The notes beneath the pieces are model-generated. The model was not told where the DNA came from. It saw only the letters and a program-made list of their open reading frames with translations, and did not search any database. The position numbers and the translations under genes are program-made. From Planctomycetaceae bacterium UBA2671 (GTDB lineage Bacteria > Planctomycetota > Planctomycetia > Planctomycetales > Planctomycetaceae): a stretch of DNA of 64,000 bases. The stretch is from NCBI GenBank assembly GCA_002359185.1, contig DEML01000116.1:20362-84361 (forward strand), given 5' to 3'. Positions 47,469 through 56,700 of the stretch are shown piece after piece; position 1 is the first letter of the stretch; the number at the start of each line of letters is the position of its first letter.

Positions 47469-49280
47469 ATGGCCTTAAATAAGAATCTAATGACGGACCA
47501 ATCTGGAAAGACGGCTGGCGCACGCGTCAATCGAATTCCTCCGGATTACTATCGTCGGTCCGATTCGATTCGAAAATGGCGTCATTTTCTGCTGGCGATT
47601 TCCGTCTTGCTTGTAGGAGCCATCATTCTATTTTCAGTCGACTGGAATGGAGTCCGGTCAAACGGGCTCCAGGGGTCAACTCTTGTCAAATGGGCGACCA
47701 ATCATGGAGAGATTAGTCAGGCTCATGCGGCTTGGGAACATCAGTGCGAAGTCTGCCATGAACCCTTCAATCCAATTCGAGATCAACATGTCGGCAGTTT
47801 CTTCAATTCCATTGCCGGAACCCAGTTCAAAACCGAAGCACGTTGCACGTCCTGCCATCAGGAATCGCTCGGGCATGTCTGTCAACATTCGATAATCGAT
47901 CAACAGGGCTGTGCGAGTTGTCATCACGAACATCGAGGACGCAATCACAATATTACTGAAGTCCGAAATATAAGCTGCACGAAGTGTCACAAGGATCTTG
48001 AGAAAGCGATGGCAGGAGTTGAGCCGAAGACGGCCTGCAAAAAAACGTCTCATGCGAATGGCTGGCAATCGATTGAACATTTCTCGACGCAGTCTCATCC
48101 CCAATTTGTATCATTGGAAAATGGTGATCCCGGAAATATCAAATTCAACCATCAATTACACCTTGCTTATGGACAAGGCCTGGGAGAAAAGGGGGGAGAA
48201 ATCCTCGCTGAAATTGAGCCGGACTTCTCTGAAGAGCGGCTTAAACAACTTGCAGACAGCAAGCAGCTCAAATGCAGTGACTGTCATGAACGGGCAGGAC
48301 TGGACTCCGCAGGAGATGCGGTGACACAACGAATGGATTTCCGTCCTATTGACTATGAACGTCATTGTCGATCTTGTCACCCGATGCGTTCTGCTGTCAC
48401 ACTCGTCGAACAAAGCTACGAAATTTCCAACGCGGCTCACGATCTTTACAAAAACGATCGCGACCAGTTGATTCAGGAGAGAATTCCTCACGGATTAACA
48501 CTCGACCAGTTGGAATTTCAAATACGACAACGACTGGCCGGCGTGGCTGTCTACGAACAAGTCAAGTTATCACAGCGAGCAGATCATTCCCCTGTCATAA
48601 TGCCGGGGCAAAGTGAAACCCAGCCACTACCAAATGGACTTCTGCCGAATACAGTTCGAGACGCAGATCAAACAGGGTCTCAAACAAAGAAAAATGATTC
48701 CCTGGAAAGCCTGCGATACTTGAGTCAAAAAGCAGTCGAGCAATTGACGGGATTAGGCGCGAATTGCACGAAGTGTCACTATTACACGGCGACTCTCGAA
48801 GATGGTCAGAAAAAGCAGGTCTTCTCATTCGAGGAAGCGAGGAATCTAAGCAAACTCGATTCTCAACCCGTGAATGGACAAATCGAAATCAGTCCTGCGA
48901 ACATTCCTCAACTCTGGCTCAATAAATCAAAGTTTCATCACCATGCTCACCGCATGGTTTCCTGTGAGAGCTGCCATCCAAAAGCCGAGTTGAAAAAAAA
49001 CCAGGCGACTTATGCGGAACTTGTCGACACACCTGCGACATTCGACAATCTCGAAGTCATGATTCCAGGCATGGAGGTGTGTATAAAATGTCATTCAAAC
49101 TCACCAGAACAGCAAAAGGAATCAGGGAATCATGCCATAGCCGGAGCCAGCGATGCGTGTGTCCTTTGCCATTCGTTTCACCAGGCAGATCAATACAATC
49201 AAGATGATAAATCGGAGTTTTCCAGTCATTTCCGAACGATCGAAGAATTCTTGAACTATCAAGGACCTTCCGAGGAATGA
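47469..49280 (+). CDS. Membrane-anchored decaheme c-type cytochrome
   Basis: ORF 47466..49280 starts at TTG; the ATG is at 47469. A single N-terminal TM helix (WRHFLLAISVLLVGAIILFSV) is followed by 10 CxxCH motifs: CEVCH, CTSCH, CASCH, CTKCH, CSDCH, CRSCH, CTKCH, CESCH, CIKCH, CVLCH. Confidence 0.85.
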   Translation: MALNKNLMTDQSGKTAGARVNRIPPDYYRRSDSIRKWRHFLLAISVLLVGAIILFSVDWNGVRSNGLQGSTLVKWATNHGEISQAHAAWEHQCEVCHEPFNPIRDQHVGSFFNSIAGTQFKTEARCTSCHQESLGHVCQHSIIDQQGCASCHHEHRGRNHNITEVRNISCTKCHKDLEKAMAGVEPKTACKKTSHANGWQSIEHFSTQSHPQFVSLENGDPGNIKFNHQLHLAYGQGLGEKGGEILAEIEPDFSEERLKQLADSKQLKCSDCHERAGLDSAGDAVTQRMDFRPIDYERHCRSCHPMRSAVTLVEQSYEISNAAHDLYKNDRDQLIQERIPHGLTLDQLEFQIRQRLAGVAVYEQVKLSQRADHSPVIMPGQSETQPLPNGLLPNTVRDADQTGSQTKKNDSLESLRYLSQKAVEQLTGLGANCTKCHYYTATLEDGQKKQVFSFEEARNLSKLDSQPVNGQIEISPANIPQLWLNKSKFHHHAHRMVSCESCHPKAELKKNQATYAELVDTPATFDNLEVMIPGMEVCIKCHSNSPEQQKESGNHAIAGASDACVLCHSFHQADQYNQDDKSEFSSHFRTIEEFLNYQGPSEE

Positions 49281-49348
49281 TGTTTAAACTGTCACTTTAA
49301 GTAAGTCCCGATTCAATTTCCGAACCAGCCGCGACAGGCAGTGTATTT

Positions 49349-51085
49349 ATGAGTCTTGTGCAGATATTAATCAAACGACAAAAAGAAAACGGCGGTTTTC
49401 TTTCTGCAGAAGTTCTTCAGGAAATCTCCGATCGAACATCAACTCCGTTATATCGTCTTCAGGAGTTGGTTAGTTTCTACAACAGTTTTCGCCTCGCTCC
49501 TCCGCCGAAGGTTGAAGTGCAGGTTTGTCGTGATTTTTCCTGTCACATGCATCAAAGTCAGGAGTTGATTCAAGATCTCAAGAACGAATTTGCAACAGAA
49601 ATTGAACAGGGGCAGGTTTCCATTTCTGGAAAATCCTGCATGGGCTATTGCGATGGCCCTGTTGCAGTCAGCCTCAATCATCATATTGTCCCCGACAGCA
49701 ATTTGAGACAGTGCGTGACCTCCATTCGCTCAATCCTGAAATCGGGAATCACACATGGTAAGTCTGTTGATCATGAAATACCTGATGAGTGGGAAATCGA
49801 CTGTTATCAGAAGCAGACGAAATATGAGTTACTCAACAATTTTTTGCAGGCTGCCGATCGGAATGCTTTCGGGGAATCGGTATTGAAGGCACTCGAAGAT
49901 TCCAGCCTGGTTGGAAAGGGAGGTCCCGGAGCCAGGACAGCCAAGAAATGGCGGACCGTTAAGAAGTATGCAGAGCAGGAAAATCGAGCGGTCCGATATG
50001 TCGTTTGCAATGCCGATGAAAGTGAGCCGGGAACGTTTAAGGATCGGGAACTTCTGCTCAGAACTCCCCATCTGGTTCTCGAAGGCATCATCACTGCGGC
50101 TCTCATCATTGGTGCAGAGCGTGCTTACATTTACATCAGACATGAATATGAATCACAAATCGAGGCTTTTCAGAGGTGCATTGATGATGCAAAGGCTAGA
50201 GGCTTGTGCGGTCGAAATCTCCTAAAGACCGGATTGAATTGTGAAGTGGAAGTCTTTGTCAGTCCTGGCAATTACATTTGCGGCGAACAGACGGCAATGA
50301 TTGAGGCGATGGAAGATAAACGGGCTCAGCCCCGCCAGCGACCGCCCGATTTGGAAATTCAGGGTTACAGAAATTTTCCGACGCTCGTCAACAACGTCGA
50401 AACCTTTGCCTGGGTCCCTGCTATTTTCAATAATGGTCCAGATTGGTATCGAAAACTAGGCGTGAACGACTGCGAAGGAAAGCGATTTGTTTCCCTCAGT
50501 GGAGATATCAATCGCCCTGGCGTGTATGAGGTTCCCTTAGGTTCGACTGTAGGAGATTTGCTCGAACTGGTGGGTGGCATGCGAGACGGACAGGAATTAC
50601 AGGCCTTTGGAGTCTCCGGCCCATCCGGAGGTTTCTTACCAAGAAAGTTTTCACGTGATCAGCTTCCTGACGATTTTGTCAAAAAAATGATCCCAGAGGG
50701 AGAGCATGAATTCGATCTATTGAATCTACCACTGGATAATAACTTCTTTCGATTTCAGTTGCGTGGACGTTTCAACCTGGGAGCCGCCCATCTGTTTATT
50801 GGAGAGCAGACCGATCTGGTCAGTCTGGTTAAATCCTGCACGGAATTTTATCGCAATGAATCGTGTGGCAAGTGTGTTCCTTGTCGGCTGGGCTCTGAGA
50901 AACTCGTCCAGATTGCATCCAGACCATTGAATGAAGGGAAACTGCAGATCCCGGATTACTTCCCGGATTTAATCGAATTAATGCAGGAATCGTCCATCTG
51001 TGGATTAGGTCAAGTCGCTTTCAATCCCCTGTTGTCGTTGAAAGAATTTTTCCCGGAAACTTGGGAAGTCGCCAAAAGTCGGTAG
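49349..51085 (+). CDS. NuoE-NuoF fusion (NADH dehydrogenase flavoprotein module: 2Fe-2S + FMN + NADH + 4Fe-4S)
   Basis: 578-aa ORF. NuoE-like cysteines: CRDFSCHMH...GKSCMGYCDGP. NuoF FMN site: GKGGPGARTAKKW. NADH site: VVCNADESEPGTFKDRELL. N3 cluster: ESCGKCVPCRLGSEK...SSICGLGQ. Confidence 0.9.
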   Translation: MSLVQILIKRQKENGGFLSAEVLQEISDRTSTPLYRLQELVSFYNSFRLAPPPKVEVQVCRDFSCHMHQSQELIQDLKNEFATEIEQGQVSISGKSCMGYCDGPVAVSLNHHIVPDSNLRQCVTSIRSILKSGITHGKSVDHEIPDEWEIDCYQKQTKYELLNNFLQAADRNAFGESVLKALEDSSLVGKGGPGARTAKKWRTVKKYAEQENRAVRYVVCNADESEPGTFKDRELLLRTPHLVLEGIITAALIIGAERAYIYIRHEYESQIEAFQRCIDDAKARGLCGRNLLKTGLNCEVEVFVSPGNYICGEQTAMIEAMEDKRAQPRQRPPDLEIQGYRNFPTLVNNVETFAWVPAIFNNGPDWYRKLGVNDCEGKRFVSLSGDINRPGVYEVPLGSTVGDLLELVGGMRDGQELQAFGVSGPSGGFLPRKFSRDQLPDDFVKKMIPEGEHEFDLLNLPLDNNFFRFQLRGRFNLGAAHLFIGEQTDLVSLVKSCTEFYRNESCGKCVPCRLGSEKLVQIASRPLNEGKLQIPDYFPDLIELMQESSICGLGQVAFNPLLSLKEFFPETWEVAKSR

Positions 51086-51129
51086 TACAATTTGTACATA
51101 AAACACATCAATAATAAAGCAGACTATTC

Positions 51130-53730
51130 ATGGCTGATCTCTCGGAAAAGCAGATCTCTTCATTCGCCAGACGCGAAAATGAGCTTCAGGAATATACGGT
51201 TGAAGGGCAAATTGTCACTCTCTCGCCAGCCGATGCCGAGAAGCAGAACGATCTGCTCAATTTAATCATTGATGGGAATCCCTTTCAATTTCCACGAACA
51301 GTAATGGCTCTCGATGCTTACGGAAGCCCCGTTTACGACAAAAATGGGGACGTGACTTATCGTTATTCCACTATTTATGATGCCGTCGATAAGTATTACC
51401 GAACCCAGCCCGGCGATGAAAATCCGATCCCGATTCTATGCCATCAGCAACATCTTAAACCAGTGGCGATGTGCCGCGTTTGTATGGTGGCTGTGCAGGG
51501 GCCGGAGATGGAACGATCAGGAGAGCCCAGGCGGGATGAAACTGGCAGTGTGATCTATAGTTCCCGTTCGACCCTTGTCCCCTCCTGCCATCGAGCACTC
51601 GACGACTACCTTAATATTCATACGCCCAGAACTCCGCATGATAAATTCCGGAGTCAAATTCGCCGTTTGGGAGGGCTGGCAGTCGAATTATTAATGTCCG
51701 ATCAAGCCAATCCGCAACGCCATCTCCAGGTTGAAGATAAGCAGTTGCCGGAGCTCTATAAACTGGCCAGGCAAGTGGATGTCCCTGCCACGCCCAGGTT
51801 TCCAAGAAGCAGTTCCCATGCAACTAGAACGGTGGATACCTCCAGTTCGATGATCAAAGTCGATCATGGAGCCTGCATCATGTGTGATCGCTGCATCCGG
51901 GGTTGCACCGACGTCAAACATAACAATGTCATTGGTCGAACCGGCTCGGGATATCAAACGCGGATCAGCTTTGACCTCGACCAGCCGATGGGAGATTCCT
52001 CCTGTGTCGAATGTGGGGAATGTGCAATTTCATGCCCGACCGATGCATTAACCATCGACGAGCAGAACATTCCCAATATCGAAATAGGTGCGAATTCCAA
52101 CGAGTTAACCATCGAGGAAATCCAAGCTCATCCCTTACTCAAAACCGTCCCTCCCAAATATCTTTCGTTTATCAAGAATTCATTTTCCCGGAAAACTTAT
52201 CGACGAGGAGACGTTATTTTTCGAGAAGGTGAAATCGGACAAACGGCATTTTTAATGGAAAGTGGTCGATTCCAGATCACCGCACTGTCCCGTCAGAAAA
52301 CATTGAAAAAACACGAAGGCTCAGTCTTCAGTCTGATGACCCGCTTCCGCTTTGATATGGAAGAGGGTGATTCTACGCAGAGTCATTCTCAAAAAACTTA
52401 TAACACCTTCACTTACGGAGGAACTTTCAGTGCGCCGCCGAAAGATGTCCTGAAAGTTTTACCGGATCATGCGTTTGTCAGTGTTGTGACAAAAGACGAT
52501 CATCTCTTTGGCGAGGCCAGTTGTCTCAATAATTATCCAAGAGCCTTCACGGTCGAAGCGATGGATGATGAATGTTCGGTGATTGAAATTCGTCGTAACA
52601 TCGTACTCATGCTGATGCGAGATCGTTCCTCCCGTGAGTTGCTGGAAAAGCTGTATCGGGAACGAGCTCTGGGTGTCGATCTGAAGAAGATCGAATACTT
52701 CTCATCACTCGATGAAGCGGGTCAGGAAATGCGTCGCATCGAGCGACTGCTTAAGGATAAAGTCGAATTGACGAAGGTCCGTCCCGGTCAAACAATTACT
52801 CGCCAGGGTATCGAATCGAATTATCTGAATCTGGTGCGAATTGGATTCGTACGAATCGAGAAGAAAACTGCCAGCGGGGAAACTTATGTCGAAAGTTATC
52901 TCGGACCGGGAAATCACTTTGGCGATCTCGAAATGCTGGTCGATATCGATTCCTGTTACGACACCTTAAACGACATGCAGCGCAGCACAGTCGATCAATA
53001 TGGTCGGGGTTTGAATCAGGCTTCCTATGTCGCAATGGATAACGTTGAGCTGTTGAGAATCCCTAAAGAGGTCTTTAAGGAAATCTATGCTCAATACCCT
53101 ACGATTGCTCAAGCAATGCGGAAGCTTGCAAAGGAAAACCTCGATAAAATTCGTGTGATGCAGCCGACGGATAGTGGCGCGATGAAGAATTTTCTGGATC
53201 AGGGACTCGCCAATGCCCAGAACCTGCTCGTAATCGATCTACTCAAATGCACCCGTTGCGATGAGTGCACCAAGGCTTGTTCTGATGCTCACCTGGGAAC
53301 GACCCGCTTAATCCGCGAAGGGCTTCGATTCGACAAATATCTCGTTACCAGTTCCTGTCGATCCTGCCGCGATCCTTACTGCATGCTCGGATGTCCGGTC
53401 GATGCGATTCATCGCGGCCCCGATTTCAACATGAAAATTGAATCGTGGTGCATTGGCTGCGGCTTGTGTGAAGAGCATTGCCCCTACGGAAACATCAATA
53501 TGCAGCCTTTGCCAGAGAAGAAAACCTGGTGGGGAGGACAGTCGAAAGGACCGATCGAAGCCGGTGCCGATGGACGGGCCGTCATTAAAGTGCAAGCCAC
53601 TATCTGTGACTTATGCACGGAAACATCCAGTAAACAACCTAGCTGCGTTTACGCCTGCCCACACGACGCGGCTCACCGTATGTCAGGCGAAAAACTGCTC
53701 AACCTGGTCGACCTGGAAAGCCGAAACTGA
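51130..53730 (+). CDS. Fusion protein: NuoG-N-terminal-like Fe-S domains + two cyclic-nucleotide-binding domains + DmsB/HybA-like 4x[4Fe-4S] ferredoxin domain
   Basis: 866-aa ORF with no signal peptide. 2Fe-2S: LCH...CRVCMV...SCH. Next clusters: HGACIMCDRCIRGC and CVECGECAISCP. cNMP domains: FREGEIGQTAFLMESGRFQI and GPGNHFGDLEML. C-terminal clusters: CTRCDECTKACS, CRSCRDPYCMLGCP, CIGCGLCEEHCP and CDLC...CVYACP. Confidence 0.85.
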   Translation: MADLSEKQISSFARRENELQEYTVEGQIVTLSPADAEKQNDLLNLIIDGNPFQFPRTVMALDAYGSPVYDKNGDVTYRYSTIYDAVDKYYRTQPGDENPIPILCHQQHLKPVAMCRVCMVAVQGPEMERSGEPRRDETGSVIYSSRSTLVPSCHRALDDYLNIHTPRTPHDKFRSQIRRLGGLAVELLMSDQANPQRHLQVEDKQLPELYKLARQVDVPATPRFPRSSSHATRTVDTSSSMIKVDHGACIMCDRCIRGCTDVKHNNVIGRTGSGYQTRISFDLDQPMGDSSCVECGECAISCPTDALTIDEQNIPNIEIGANSNELTIEEIQAHPLLKTVPPKYLSFIKNSFSRKTYRRGDVIFREGEIGQTAFLMESGRFQITALSRQKTLKKHEGSVFSLMTRFRFDMEEGDSTQSHSQKTYNTFTYGGTFSAPPKDVLKVLPDHAFVSVVTKDDHLFGEASCLNNYPRAFTVEAMDDECSVIEIRRNIVLMLMRDRSSRELLEKLYRERALGVDLKKIEYFSSLDEAGQEMRRIERLLKDKVELTKVRPGQTITRQGIESNYLNLVRIGFVRIEKKTASGETYVESYLGPGNHFGDLEMLVDIDSCYDTLNDMQRSTVDQYGRGLNQASYVAMDNVELLRIPKEVFKEIYAQYPTIAQAMRKLAKENLDKIRVMQPTDSGAMKNFLDQGLANAQNLLVIDLLKCTRCDECTKACSDAHLGTTRLIREGLRFDKYLVTSSCRSCRDPYCMLGCPVDAIHRGPDFNMKIESWCIGCGLCEEHCPYGNINMQPLPEKKTWWGGQSKGPIEAGADGRAVIKVQATICDLCTETSSKQPSCVYACPHDAAHRMSGEKLLNLVDLESRN

Positions 53731-53792
53731 GTCATCTCAGGTGGATAAATCTTTAGAAGTGAAGCATCGCTCTCAGCCGAACACCTTTAAGA

Positions 53793-56700
53793 TTATTCCC
53801 TGAATTGTCGAGCCGATCCGTAATAGGATTCAATCTGTTGATGCAGTAGATCTTCTCGCAGATTAGGGAACTCGATTCGATAATCCGGCGAGAACGTTTC
53901 GACCCGGAATGGCTCCTGGGAAACTGGATTGATATACAACTTCCTTTGTTGCTGATAATTAAACGGCCGGGCACCAACTCGCCCGAAGACGGCAATTTGA
54001 TTCCCCGATTCATCGACCGCTCGATCCCGGTCAATTCCTTCGGCGATGCACAGAGCCTCGCCTTCATGAAGATGATACGTTGCAATCAATTTCGGTTCTG
54101 GCCGCACACTGAATCCATCATTCCCCTCAACGTGTGGGGATGTCAGTTGCAGCACATGCATTCCATTTTTGCCATCGGCTAGATAAGCAAACTCACTGTT
54201 GTAGGTGATTCCCAGTTTCACATCGTGCAAATCGCAAATTTCACCTTCCGCATTGAAGATTTGATCAACAAGAGGTTTTTCCGGATTCGTCACATCGACA
54301 ATAATCAGTCCCTGTTTACCTGCAGCCAGATAAGCATAGTTTCTGGCGACATACACATTATGTAAGTCTTCAAATTCGAGTGCGGTTACGGGAATCGGGC
54401 AGGAGGGATCGGTAATATCAATGACCTTCAACCCCTCTTCATCGCAGACAAAACCGTAACGGAATTCCACTTCCATCTGATGAGGATGATTCAGAAATTC
54501 CTTGCCGAGGACGTTCACGATACACGGTTTCTTAGGATCGGTGACATCTACAACCACGAGCCCCTTCTCACAGCAGACATAGGCATAATTACCGACAATC
54601 TTGACGGACTGGGCACCATCAAGTGCTCCACCCGGGTTGAAGGCAAGTTCCTTTTCCAGGAAGTTATTGAGAGGATCGCCATCTAGTAATGTTCCTGCTC
54701 CGATGAAGACGAGCCCCTCGTAAAGATCCGTCGCGAACAGATATCCGTAGTGAGCAGGAACTTTCTGCTCATCGTTTTCGGGATAATGTTTGCGTGTCGG
54801 ATCGGGAGCAATTGTAGCCGGGGCATAGACGGACGTTGCATATTTTGTACGGACGAAAAACTTCTGACCAATCGGTGAAACGGGAGCAGTCGTCACACGT
54901 TCCGAAAATCCTTTATGGTCAATAAAGGCAATATCGAACACTCGCACACCCGCTTTTCCGCAGGCGGCATAGAGATATTCCCCACGTTTCTGCAATGTCA
55001 AAACGGTTGGCTGTTTGAACGGGCGAAAGACCTCACTGATATCCCGTCCCGGATGTTCGTGAGCATGTTCAAGAATATGATCGTTCTCTTCATGCTCTTC
55101 ATAATGCTCACGGAATGCCAGTTCATGCAGATGGCTGCCAATGACCGCTTGAGGAGCATCTCGTTCGGTCACTGGAACGGCATAAAATCCATGATCTCCA
55201 CAACCAACCCAGCAGAAACGTCCGATGAAGTTCAGGTAGTTGGTTCCCTGCATGAGCAGTTGGGACATGATGGCGTTGTTATCGTTTGCCTGAGAAAGAT
55301 GGCAATCGGTGCACATCTTCGTTTCCCCCCGACCACGCACCGTATGAGGAACATTGGTGCTGAAAGCAATCCCGCTGAGACCTTCCGCGGAAATTGTCTG
55401 CTGCTGTGTATAAATCGATTCGCGATTGTTGTTATAAGAGGTGACATGAATCGCACAGGAGGAGCGGGAAGGGTTGATCTTATTCCCAGTCACATTTCCA
55501 TCGTGTGCCAGCATAAAGACATCATCACGCAACGTCTGGAAGTCATACGATACGTAATTTTTAGTGACATCTCCTTCATTATGGAGATCCGGCATTTTTC
55601 GGTTGGCCTCTTGAGGGAGATGGCAACCATAGCAACTCGGATTCCAGCTGCTGTGGCACGAACTGCAACTCATTGTTTGATTGCAGTGTGCCAGTTTCAG
55701 AGGATCCTGCGGCAAGTCACCCCATTCAAATTTCCCCAGCTCATCGAAGCGAATCGTTTTCGCCAGAGCCGCATTAGCATTGTATTTAGGATGTTTGGGA
55801 TCAATCGTGTCCGAAACCTGGGTCACTTCCCAGCTGAGTCCCTTTTCGACCATCGAGTTCTGGTACAGTTTGTCGCCTCGAAGTTCGAAACGCTGTTTTC
55901 CGAATGGTGTGGTCATCGCCGAGAGTTCCCGACCGTTAGGCTGCGGAGCTTCTCTTTCCTTGGCGGCTGGCCCGGAAGTTCGCATTTGCCAGCGATTATT
56001 AATCAACTTGAAGGCTTTATCGTTAACCGTGCCATGGCAATCGATACATTGAATTTCAATTGCTGCTCGAACCTCACCGTACAATTTGGTATCGCCATGA
56101 ACGTCCTGCACAAAATGGCAATCCACACAATGCATCCCCTTTTCCAGATGCACATCGAGCATATGAACGGGAACTCCTTTTTGCAGATCCAATAACTGCT
56201 GCTCCGCTTTCTCAACTTCAGCCAACGAGAGTGTCGGCTTCTTGCGTTCAAGTTCCTTCACATACAGCGGAATAGCCATCGCCTGTTGAAGCTTTTCATT
56301 TTCGACATGTTCGAGCCGATTGCCGAATTTATCGAGCAGATTTCCCTGACGATCCTTTTTATAGACGGCACGAAATACCCAGCCGTGGCCGTGGAAGTCG
56401 GCAAATTGTGTTTTTTCCAGATGTTTATTCAACGAGGTCAACTCGGTCAGGAATTCCGGATTTGACCAAAGCCCTTTCACACTGGCAGAATTCGGATCGG
56501 CCATTTCCGCCTGAACAATCTGCTCCGCGGTCGGATCGTGCTGTTCCCGCGGATACATATTCTCGCCATCGGTTTCCATGTCCCACCACATGTATCCCAG
56601 ATAGCTGTTCATCACAGTAGTTCCCGGGTGAATATGACAGACTATGCACTGGCTCGTAGGAATTGAACGTGTGAAGTTGTGACTGACCGGATGACCGGAT

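Noticed and set aside
54915-56195. 426-aa ORF on the + strand
   Set aside because: It lies antisense within the 1381-aa decaheme-LVIVD gene. It has no motifs and a low-complexity, Arg/Ile-rich composition. The opposite strand carries 10 heme motifs in one continuous frame, so this is a shadow ORF.
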